DNA of 18,854 nucleotides from Phycisphaeraceae bacterium (GTDB taxonomy: Bacteria; Planctomycetota; Phycisphaerae; Phycisphaerales; Zrk34), in assembly GCA_040905565.1 (NCBI GenBank), contig JBBDRF010000072.1:1-18854 (forward strand), in the 5' to 3' direction. Below, piece after piece: positions 1 to 7,679 of the stretch. Positions within the stretch are counted from its first letter, which is position 1; each line of letters opens with the position of its first letter. Position numbers and translations under genes: made by a program. The notes below the pieces were generated by a model. That model worked only from the letters and a program-made list of their open reading frames with translations. It had not been told where the DNA came from and made no database searches.

Positions 1-122
1 GGGGCTATCCCCAGCGTGGGGACACGGGAAACGGCGGGCGAACAGTGGGGGAATGGTGGGGGGGGGTTGCTCTGGGGTGAGAAGATGGGAGAATCACCGG
101 TGGTTAATACGGAGCCCATGAC

Positions 123-710
123 ATGATCCCACGGCTGGCATTCGCCCTGATAGCATCCATCACCACGCTGGTCCTCGCGACCGGCTGCAGCAGCAACTAC
201 GTCAACGTCCCCACGCTCGACGGCAGCCCCGCCTCGCAGGATCCCAATCTCGTCGTCGTGCGAAGGATCGAAGTTGAAGCCCTGAACCACGTCCTCCGCC
301 GCTATCCCCCCGGGCCGTCCTATGCCATCGAACTGCCGCCCGGCACCGACGCACCAACCTACTGGTGGGTCCTGCGAAAGCTGCCCGAGGGCGGTCAGCA
401 ACTCGATCAACTCCCGGATGATATGGAAGTCCCGCCGCTCTACCGCGTCGCGCAGGTCGTCGTGCGGGGCATGGTCGCCCAGGTGGAAGTCGTCGTCCCG
501 CCAGGCGGCATCTACGACCACGATCGCCTCGTCAGCGTCTTCCTCTCCCCCGACATGAACGGCTGGTACGCCAATCGCAGCCGCATGTGGCGTATCCCCG
601 CCGACCAGGCGCTCAGGATCGTTCGCGAAACGCACGTCGAAGCCGGTCCCGAAGAGCGCGTGGATCCCGACGCGCTCGATCAGACCGAGGAAGCCGCCGA
701 GCCCGAGTAA
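123..710 (+). CDS. Hypothetical lipoprotein, 195 aa
   Basis: Basic N-terminus, hydrophobic stretch and lipobox-like LATG-C; GC3-rich codons typical of the window; acidic C-terminal tail. No family recognised. Confidence 0.8.
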   Translation: MIPRLAFALIASITTLVLATGCSSNYVNVPTLDGSPASQDPNLVVVRRIEVEALNHVLRRYPPGPSYAIELPPGTDAPTYWWVLRKLPEGGQQLDQLPDDMEVPPLYRVAQVVVRGMVAQVEVVVPPGGIYDHDRLVSVFLSPDMNGWYANRSRMWRIPADQALRIVRETHVEAGPEERVDPDALDQTEEAAEPE

Positions 711-734
711 GCCCCTGACAGCCTGCGTTCCTTC

Positions 735-851
735 AGGGGTGCCCCGGCCAGCGAGCGCTGAGCGAGACGGCCGGGTTCTTCCCGGCGTGCGCAGAAGCGG
801 TTGAATTTGCCAGCTTTCCCGCCCGGCCGTCTCCGCTGCCCGGGGCACCCC
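735..851 (+). repeat. REPIN/MITE-like palindromic element, family A, copy 1
   Basis: Terminal inverted repeats GGGGTGCCCCGG (736-747) and CCGGGGCACCCC (840-851); inner AGACGGCCGGG/CCCGGCCGTCT pairing; second copy at 17511-17626 in reverse orientation. Confidence 0.9.
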
Positions 852-976
852 CATATCAGCCATCGCATCACGCCTCAGCCCCTACGGCGGCGGGACAAGG
901 TGGGGCGACAAAAAAATCGCACCACTTATGACGCTTGCATCGCCAGCCTGTGGTGCAACCGATAAGATTGGGGGTG

Positions 977-3900
977 ATGCGACATTCAAAGCGCTTCGAA
1001 AAGCAGACGGTTGGACACGCACTGAGGGTCGGGGCAGTCGCGGCTGCTTTGCTTCTAGGTACGTCGCTCCATGCACAGGTTTACGTAGCCGACTCACCGA
1101 GCGCTGCTGAGCTCGTCGCCTCCGCGGAGGATCGACTCGGCAAGCAGGAACCGGCCGAGGCGGCCAGGCTCCTCCAGCGTGTGCTCGATGATCAAAGACC
1201 CAGGCTGCTGGAGACTCACGCCGGGCGCTATGCCGAGGCCCACCAGGTCGCCGCCCGGCTGCTGCTTTCAGATCAGCAGCTGCTGCGCACCTACCGCCAG
1301 ATGCACGGCCCCACCGCCGATCGGCAACTCGAGCGCGCCGGCAACGATGTCGACCGCCTCACACGCCTTCGCCAGCGCTACCCCGCCACCGAAGCGGCCA
1401 TGCAGGCGGGCTTCCGCGAAGCGGGCCTCGCGCTCGCCTCCGGTCAGCCCGAGGGGGCCGTCGTCGCCTTGCGAAGCCTGCGCGATCACCCCGATCTTCC
1501 GAACCATCGCGCCCGTTACGAACAGCTTCTCGCCTCCGCCGCGCTGCTGCTGGATAATCAGCCGGCTTTTGAGCAGCACCTTCAGGCCCTTCAGCAGGCC
1601 GGTGCGCCCGATGCCGTCGCCTTCCTCGAACGTTTAAAGCAATCGCTTCGGCTCCCCGCTGTGCATCAGGTCTTCTCCCCGCTCGATACGCTGCCCGAAG
1701 CCAACCTCCCCGATAAACTCGAAGAGCCGCTTTGGAGTTACGACATCCGCGGCGCCGAGACCTACCTCGTCGAAGCCTACCAGGCCGACAGCAACCGCCT
1801 CGAAGCGCTCGGCGAAGATGGTCGCTTCCTCAACACCCTCTTCACCGTGTCAGGCGGCGTGGTCTACCTTAACGACGGCCTCGTCGTCGCCGCGCTCGAT
1901 TCCAGCAGCGGAATGAAACTCTGGGAGCGCACGCTGCAGGATGTCGAATCCTCGTTCCAGCCCTTCGGCAGGCCTTACAGCCAGTGGCTGCCCTACGGCG
2001 TCGACCTCAACGGCATCGCCGTCGGCTCCGACCGCATCGCCGCCATCAGCGGCTTTAGCGCCATGGTCACCATCTACGGCAACCAGCGCGGCGAAGGCGA
2101 AAGCAAACTCCACGTCCTCAACGCAAAGACCGGCGAAACGCACTGGGTCGCCCTGCCCACGCAGCTCGACGACCAGCTCGACGACGCCTTCTGGTACGGC
2201 CGCCCGCTCATCCACCAGGGCCGCGTCTACGCCACGCTCCGACGCCGACAACGCACGCAGTTCCAGGACGCCTACGTCGTCTGCATGGATCTGTACAACG
2301 GCGAAGTCATCTGGCGTCGCCACATCGCCAGCACCGCCCTGACTGATCGCCAGGCCGTTCCCGCCATGTCGCACATGCTCCTCAGCGAAGGGCACCTCTA
2401 TGTCGACAGTCGGCTCGGGACCATCGCGAAGCTCGCCGCCGCCGACGGCAGCGTCGCCTGGCTCAGCCTGTTGCCGATCGACGAAGAAGAGCGCGCGCAG
2501 GTCGTTCAGAAGCCCTGGCACGCGCCCTCGCCCGTGTTGGTCGAAGCTGGTCTGATCGTGCTCGATGACTGGGGCAGAACGATCTACGCCATCAACCCCG
2601 CCACCGGCGAGCGGTTGGCGACCATCGGCTCGCGCGACTGGGACACGCCGCTGTACTTCGCGACGGTCGGCGGCGACTTGCTCAGCGTCGGCGGGTCGGT
2701 CATCCGCTTCGACGGCGAAACGCTCAGCCGCATCTGGCGACACCGTGTCCGGGGCGACCACCGCGGCCGCGCCGCCGTCGCCGAGAACAGGCTCCTGCTC
2801 CCTGCCGCCCAAGGCGTGCTCGTCCTCGACCTGGAAAACGGCGAGCCCCTTAAGCAGTTGGATATTCCGCTTCCCGCCACGCTTGTCACGCTGCATGGTC
2901 AGGTCCTCGCAGCCGGCCGGGACAAGCTCCGAAGCTACAGTTCGTGGGATCTGGCCTCCGAGCAGATGGAACGCCGGATTGCCGAAAGCGCCGGTGACCC
3001 GCGCCCCCTCATGGCGATGGCCTGGCTCGCGTTCAACACTGATCGCCCGGACGAATTGCTCGACGCGCTGGATCAGGCACTCGAGCTGCGCGACAACTTC
3101 ACCGGCGACACCGACAGCACCATGTTCGAGCAGGTGCTGACGATGACGCGCTCAGAGCGAGGCAGCCAGTCGCTCCGCCGGGCGCTGTTCGACCGCGTCG
3201 CCGTCCTCGCCGACACCATCGAGCAGGAAGTCGCCTACCGGCTCGCGCTCGGTGAGTTCCACGAAAATGCCGAGCAGTACGAGCAGGCGATGGAGCAGTA
3301 CCAGACGCTCATGGCCGAGGGTGCTTACCGGCAGCAGCTGCATCAGCACGACGGCGGCGCCCGGCAGGCGGGGCTGGAGACGCAGCGCCGGATGCAGGCG
3401 CTGATCGCTGAGCACGGTCGCGCGCTGTATCAGCCGTACGAAAACTTCGCCGCTCGGCGTCTCGAAGAGCTCGTCGGCCAGGCCGATCCCGCGCCGCTTG
3501 TCGCCCTCGCCGAGGCCTACCCCATGGCCGACGTCACGCCCGAGGTGCTGCGCCAGGCCGCCCGCCGCGAAGCGGAGCAGGATCGGCTCCGCGAAGCTCA
3601 AACCCTCCTGCGGCAGGCAAGCGAACTCACCGAAAACCCCGATCACATCGCCAAGATTTACGGTCTGCAAGCCGAGCTCTTCGAAGATGCCCAGCAGCCG
3701 CACCGCGCCAGGGCCGTGCTGCGAACCCTCTCGGCGATCTATCCGGACGTGGCTCCGATCCGCCAGGGCGAGGAAGTGAACGTCGATGTCTGGCTCGCCA
3801 CGCTCGCCGAGCAGCCCCAGCTTCGGGGCGTGGCGAAACTGAACATGCCCCTCAGCGGCGAGCCGCGAAGCATCTCCGGCCGCATCGCCCAGGCCGAAGC

Positions 3901-5185
3901 GCAGGATGCCCACGCGACGCCTTCGCCGCACTGGCTCTTCCGCGATCGTGGTCGGTTCGAGTTCCGCAACAGCGAAGATTTCGAGCTCATCTGGAGCGCG
4001 CCGCTCGATGCCGACGATACCGATCTGATCTCGATGGACCGCGATCGCATCTGGCTTTGGATGCCGAACACCGGAACGATTCGTTCGATTGATGCCGAGG
4101 ACGGCAGCATCGCCTGGCAGTCTGAGACGCCGCAGGAGCTGTCGGAAGTTGAGCCTCGCCCCGCCGAGCCCGAGGCCGACGATGAACAGCAGGTGGCGGT
4201 CGCCGGCGGCTTCGGTGCCGCACGCGTCGCGCAACTGCAGCGACAGCGTGCCGTGCCCGCGCAGGTGCGGCAGGCCGTAGAGGCGCAGCAGCGCGTCGAT
4301 CGTCAGCGCGAGGCACAGCGACGCATGGTCGCCGTCAGTGACGCCGGCGTCGCCGTGGTCGACGGCGGCGGCAGGATCGTCGTCTTCAGCCACGAGCGCG
4401 GCAGCGTCCAGTGGCGCAAGGCCGGCCCGCTTCACGCCGCCGACCGAACCGTCATCGACGGCCGCTACCTCGTCATCGCCGGCACAACGGCAGACGAGCG
4501 GCACGCCATCACCGTTTACGATGTCACCAACGGCGAACTGCTTCATACCCTCGACAGCGGCAGCCGCAGTTCGCTGCCCATCCGCTGGATGGATGTCACC
4601 GAAGACGGCCTGCTCGTGGCGATGCGCTCAAACGAAGTCGAAGCCTTCGATCTCGTCCGAGGCCAGTCCCGCTGGGTCGCCCGGCCCGGTGAAGACCTCG
4701 TCGGCGAAGGCGGCGCATGGCTGGGCCTCGACCGACTCGTCGCCCGCACAAGCCAGGGCGACCTGCTCTGGATCGATCTCGCCGACGGGCAGATCGCCGG
4801 CAAGCTGCCCGTCCGAGGCCAGCTTCAGGGCCAGATCACCGCCACCAACGATGCCGACCGGTGGTTCATCATCAGTTCCAACCGAATCCTCGCCACCGAC
4901 AACGACGGTGAACGCCTCTGGCGCGACGCCGTCGCCGACGTCGTCCGGCATCTGGATTACACACTGACCGATCAGCACCTCATCACGCTGGGCACGATGG
5001 TCAACGAGCAGCCCGACGCCGAGGGCCACAGCCGCCGGCTGTACATGCTCGACCGTGCCTCGGGCATGATCACCCATGAGCAGGACGTGAAAGCGTCGCA
5101 GATGCTCATCAACGTCATGGCCACCGACGGAAAACTGCTGCTCACCGGCCCCGGCACCACCGCCGTCCTCAACGGCTCCCCCTAG
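977..5185 (+). CDS. Large secreted protein with PQQ-like (BamB-type) beta-propeller repeats and TPR-like helical regions, ~1400 aa
   Basis: Signal peptide (AVAAALLLGTSLHA-Q). Recurrent propeller-blade motifs ALDSSSGMKLW, LNAKTGETHW, MDLYNGEVIW, IDAEDGSIAW, FDLVRGQSRW in two clusters separated by Ala/Leu/Glu/Arg-rich helical repeats. ATG 977 preferred over the track start at 935; start uncertain. Confidence 0.85.
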   Translation: MRHSKRFEKQTVGHALRVGAVAAALLLGTSLHAQVYVADSPSAAELVASAEDRLGKQEPAEAARLLQRVLDDQRPRLLETHAGRYAEAHQVAARLLLSDQQLLRTYRQMHGPTADRQLERAGNDVDRLTRLRQRYPATEAAMQAGFREAGLALASGQPEGAVVALRSLRDHPDLPNHRARYEQLLASAALLLDNQPAFEQHLQALQQAGAPDAVAFLERLKQSLRLPAVHQVFSPLDTLPEANLPDKLEEPLWSYDIRGAETYLVEAYQADSNRLEALGEDGRFLNTLFTVSGGVVYLNDGLVVAALDSSSGMKLWERTLQDVESSFQPFGRPYSQWLPYGVDLNGIAVGSDRIAAISGFSAMVTIYGNQRGEGESKLHVLNAKTGETHWVALPTQLDDQLDDAFWYGRPLIHQGRVYATLRRRQRTQFQDAYVVCMDLYNGEVIWRRHIASTALTDRQAVPAMSHMLLSEGHLYVDSRLGTIAKLAAADGSVAWLSLLPIDEEERAQVVQKPWHAPSPVLVEAGLIVLDDWGRTIYAINPATGERLATIGSRDWDTPLYFATVGGDLLSVGGSVIRFDGETLSRIWRHRVRGDHRGRAAVAENRLLLPAAQGVLVLDLENGEPLKQLDIPLPATLVTLHGQVLAAGRDKLRSYSSWDLASEQMERRIAESAGDPRPLMAMAWLAFNTDRPDELLDALDQALELRDNFTGDTDSTMFEQVLTMTRSERGSQSLRRALFDRVAVLADTIEQEVAYRLALGEFHENAEQYEQAMEQYQTLMAEGAYRQQLHQHDGGARQAGLETQRRMQALIAEHGRALYQPYENFAARRLEELVGQADPAPLVALAEAYPMADVTPEVLRQAARREAEQDRLREAQTLLRQASELTENPDHIAKIYGLQAELFEDAQQPHRARAVLRTLSAIYPDVAPIRQGEEVNVDVWLATLAEQPQLRGVAKLNMPLSGEPRSISGRIAQAEAQDAHATPSPHWLFRDRGRFEFRNSEDFELIWSAPLDADDTDLISMDRDRIWLWMPNTGTIRSIDAEDGSIAWQSETPQELSEVEPRPAEPEADDEQQVAVAGGFGAARVAQLQRQRAVPAQVRQAVEAQQRVDRQREAQRRMVAVSDAGVAVVDGGGRIVVFSHERGSVQWRKAGPLHAADRTVIDGRYLVIAGTTADERHAITVYDVTNGELLHTLDSGSRSSLPIRWMDVTEDGLLVAMRSNEVEAFDLVRGQSRWVARPGEDLVGEGGAWLGLDRLVARTSQGDLLWIDLADGQIAGKLPVRGQLQGQITATNDADRWFIISSNRILATDNDGERLWRDAVADVVRHLDYTLTDQHLITLGTMVNEQPDAEGHSRRLYMLDRASGMITHEQDVKASQMLINVMATDGKLLLTGPGTTAVLNGSP

Positions 5186-5186
5186 A

Positions 5187-5251
5187 AGCCCACGGCGTGA
5201 CGCGGTGGGTTCCGCTGCTGGAGCAAGCCACCGCCACCTTGTCCACCAGTG
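5187..5251. repeat. Cluster of REP-like hairpin and degenerate family-C repeat
   Basis: Hairpin CCCAC-G-GCG-tga-CGC-G-GTGGG (5189-5209) just after the stop codon; CTTGTCCACCAGTG (5238-5251) is identical to 18834-18847. Confidence 0.55.
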
Positions 5252-5349
5252 TTCCACCACCATGCATCCGCCCATTGGACGGCGGCCCTGATGGTGATAG
5301 ACTGCCGGTGCAATTGTTGTTCGAGAGACGCGTAAGAGAGACGCCCCCG

Positions 5350-5565
5350 ATGAACTGTTACCGCTTTGGCTGGCTGGCTTTGGTTACGCTCGTGGTCGGC
5401 ATGGCCGGCTGTGAGAAGCCGCTGTTTCCGTCCAATATGCCACGCACCCAATACGAGCGGTACGACCAGATGCGAGGCCACTACGTCCCCGCCGACCGCG
5501 TCGACGGCGCGACCGGCGCCCGCACACCCGCACTCCGAGAACGCCTGAGCCCCCACCGCGAATAG
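5350..5565 (+). CDS. Small lipoprotein, 71 aa
   Basis: MNCYRFGWLALVTLVVGMAG-C is a lipoprotein signal with lipobox MAGC. The upstream in-frame extension in the track runs through repeat DNA, so ATG 5350 is preferred. Confidence 0.75.
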   Translation: MNCYRFGWLALVTLVVGMAGCEKPLFPSNMPRTQYERYDQMRGHYVPADRVDGATGARTPALRERLSPHRE

Positions 5566-5605
5566 CACACACAAGCGTGAAAGTAGACGGCTGACCGGGA
5601 AAAAC

Positions 5606-5633
5606 CAAAGTCACCCTCCTGCTTTTGCCGATG
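5606..5633 (+). promoter_or_regulatory. Putative sigma28/WhiG-like promoter
   Basis: CAAAG-N16-GCCGATG, 44 nt before the amidase-family start; similar motifs at 6367 and 13683. Confidence 0.45.
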
Positions 5634-5676
5634 TAAAGCTTGAACGCGACGCCTCTTTCCTCCTGAAGGTTCCATT

Positions 5677-6339
5677 GTGGCGCAGCCGAAGTTGAACAGC
5701 CTCCCATTCGACCGCCGACCACTCATCGTGCTCGTGTGCCTGATCACCGCCCTCACGGGCGTCAGCGGTCTGCTGCTGCTGCTCGAACCCACCCCGCTCG
5801 CGCCCATCGGCGGCCCCATCCTCACCGTCCTCGATAGCACCCCACGCGGCTTCGACGAACTGCTGGCCAACCAGCGTGATCTCGACGAACAACGCTGGCA
5901 GGCGATCATCATCCACCACAGCGGCACCTCGGCCGGCAGCGCCTCCGCGCTCGGCTCGACCCACCAGTCCCTCGGCCACGGCGGCCTGCTCTACCACTTC
6001 GTCGTCGGCAACGGCAACGGCGCCGACGACGGCCAGGTGCAGATCGGCTACCGCTGGAATCGCCAAGCCGGCGGCCCCCACGTGCCCGACGGCCCCAACG
6101 CAGCTTGGCTCAATCAGCACGCCATCGCGATCTGCCTCGTCGGCGACGGCGACCTCCGCAGCCCCACCGCTCGCCAGATGGATCAGCTCGTGGGCCTGGT
6201 GACCTCCCTCCAAAAACGCCTCGCCATTCCCGCCGATCGCGTCCTCCTGCACGCGAACGTCGCAGCCACGACCAGCCCCGGTCTACTTTTTCCCACCAGC
6301 GCTTTCCGGCAGCAACTGCTGGAAGTCGAGACGCGCTAA
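5677..6339 (+). CDS. Membrane-anchored Amidase_2 / peptidoglycan recognition protein family protein, possibly non-catalytic
   Basis: N-terminal TM helix; motifs WQAIIIHHS, YHFVVGNG, AIAICLVGD, VLLH and TTSPG (Ser where catalytic members have Cys or Asp). GTG start. Confidence 0.88.
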   Translation: MAQPKLNSLPFDRRPLIVLVCLITALTGVSGLLLLLEPTPLAPIGGPILTVLDSTPRGFDELLANQRDLDEQRWQAIIIHHSGTSAGSASALGSTHQSLGHGGLLYHFVVGNGNGADDGQVQIGYRWNRQAGGPHVPDGPNAAWLNQHAIAICLVGDGDLRSPTARQMDQLVGLVTSLQKRLAIPADRVLLHANVAATTSPGLLFPTSAFRQQLLEVETR

Positions 6340-6366
6340 TAATCGCTCCATTCTTGGATTAAACAA

Positions 6367-6393
6367 TCAAGTGGCACGGCGTGTGCGCCGATG
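6367..6393 (+). promoter_or_regulatory. Putative sigma28/WhiG-like promoter
   Basis: TCAAG-N15-GCCGATG in the intergenic region before the kinase gene. Confidence 0.5.
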
Positions 6394-6519
6394 CTTGAGA
6401 TCAGAGACGTCCCGACCATGGTCGGGGGTTGTCGGACGACGTGGGTCGAGATAGACTCTTCACGCGTCATACCGCCCGACCAACGCCCCCGCCGTTCCAT
6501 CCGTACGGAGGGGTAACAC

Positions 6520-7422
6520 TTGGTACAGCTGATGAGTCATGCCGACAGAATCGGTGGATACGATATCCTTGGCGTGCTTGGCCACGGGGCCCATAGCACG
6601 ATCTTTGCCGCCCAGGATCCGCGCACTGACCAGATCTACGCGCTGAAGCAGGTCATACGCCGATCCAGCGAAGACCAACGATTTCTCCAGCAGGCGATCA
6701 ACGAATATCAGATCGCCAGCCGTTTTTCCCACCCCGCACTTCGCCAGTACTACAAGATGAAACGCTATCGCCGTTTCGTCACCGTCAGCGAAGTCCTCCT
6801 GCTCATGGAGATGGTCGACGGGCGCAACCTCGTCCAGCAGCGGCCCAGCTCGCTCTTCGAGCTCGTCAAGGTCTTCAAGGTCGTCGCCGAGGCCGTCAGC
6901 GAGATCCACCGGGCCGGGTTCGTCCATGCGGACCTCAAACCCAACAACATGCTCATCACCGAAAAGGGCGAGGTGAAGGTTATCGACTTCGGCCAGTCCT
7001 GCCCGATGGATACCATCAAGTCACGCATCCAGGGTACGCCCGATTACATCGCCCCTGAGCAGGTCAAGCGTCGCCCCCTCACCGCCCGCACCGACGTGTT
7101 CAACTTCGGCGCCACCATGTACTGGTGCGTCACTGACCACCACGTGCCGACGATGATCCCCAACAACGATTTCCAAGTCGGTCTGCGTGACGCGAAACCC
7201 AAGCTCAAAGCTCCCATCGAGTACAACCCCGAGTTGCCGCTGGCGATGAACAACCTGATCCTCAACTGCCTGCGGACGCGGCCTTCCAATCGCCCCGCCG
7301 ACATGACCGAGGTTCACGCCCGCCTGCAGGTCGTCGCTGCCAAGCTCGACCGCGAACAGCCCACCCGCCAGGTTCAGCACGTTGATTACGATGAAGACGA
7401 AGACGACGGCTTCGAACTCTAG
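6520..7422 (+). CDS. Hanks-type Ser/Thr protein kinase, soluble, non-RD
   Basis: GHGAHS glycine loop, YALK, HADLKPNN catalytic loop, DFG, GTPDYIAPE, DVFNFG. GGAGG (6507-6511) lies 8 nt before TTG 6520; ATG 6532 is an alternative start. No TM segment. Confidence 0.95.
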   Translation: MVQLMSHADRIGGYDILGVLGHGAHSTIFAAQDPRTDQIYALKQVIRRSSEDQRFLQQAINEYQIASRFSHPALRQYYKMKRYRRFVTVSEVLLLMEMVDGRNLVQQRPSSLFELVKVFKVVAEAVSEIHRAGFVHADLKPNNMLITEKGEVKVIDFGQSCPMDTIKSRIQGTPDYIAPEQVKRRPLTARTDVFNFGATMYWCVTDHHVPTMIPNNDFQVGLRDAKPKLKAPIEYNPELPLAMNNLILNCLRTRPSNRPADMTEVHARLQVVAAKLDREQPTRQVQHVDYDEDEDDGFEL

Positions 7423-7446
7423 CGTGCCGCCACCGCCAACCGCCGT

Positions 7447-7474
7447 TTCACCCCTTGCCTCAACCCGGTACAAT
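7447..7474 (+). promoter_or_regulatory. Putative sigma70-type promoter of the tRNA
   Basis: TTCACC-N16-TACAAT ending 26 nt before the tRNA 5' end. Confidence 0.45.
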
Positions 7475-7500
7475 ATCCATCCATCGCTCATGCGATGCGC

Positions 7501-7574
7501 GCGTGCGTAGCTCAATTGGATAGAGCACCTGACTTCGGATCAGGAGGTTCCAGGTTCGAGTCCTGGCGTGCGTA
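7501..7574 (+). tRNA. tRNA-Arg (anticodon TCG), CCA not encoded
   Basis: Acceptor GCGTGCG/CGTGCGT; D arm GCTC-AATTGGATA-GAGC with the Arg identity base A20; anticodon arm CCTGA-CTTCGGA-TCAGG (TCG at 7535-7537); T arm CCAGG-TTCGAGT-CCTGG; discriminator A. Confidence 0.96.
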
Positions 7575-7586
7575 TTCCCGACAAAA

Positions 7587-7612
7587 ACGAGCCGCGACCG
7601 TAAGAGAGCGGT
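7587..7612 (+). repeat. Solo REP-like repeat, family B
   Basis: ACGAGCCGCGACCGTAAGAGAGCGGT matches 9616-9641 at 25 of 26 positions. Confidence 0.85.
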
Positions 7613-7679
7613 CCGGCGTCACGACTTTTGCACACGTCACCGTTCGCCCAAAATCACCGCCCCCCCGGGCCCCCCCAAA

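Noticed and set aside
47..58. GGGGGAATGGTG shared with 18810-18821 near the two window ends
   Set aside because: A 12-nt low-complexity match within G-rich tracts, too weak to call terminal repeats or a target duplication.
735..850. Family-A element as a minimal CRISPR unit (34-nt core)
   Set aside because: The flanks are inverted rather than direct repeats, the copies are dispersed, the cores are partly homologous, and no cas genes are present.
680..871. Similar peptides (GCPGQRRRPGG...PGRLA.RSLAGAPL) in ORFs 680-871 and 16974-18152
   Set aside because: The similarity is simply translation of the family-A DNA repeat, not a protein domain.
1850..5275. Long minus-strand ORFs (348, 464 and 215 aa) opposite the propeller gene
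   Set aside because: Antisense shadows expected from GC3-biased coding on the plus strand; no recognisable motifs.
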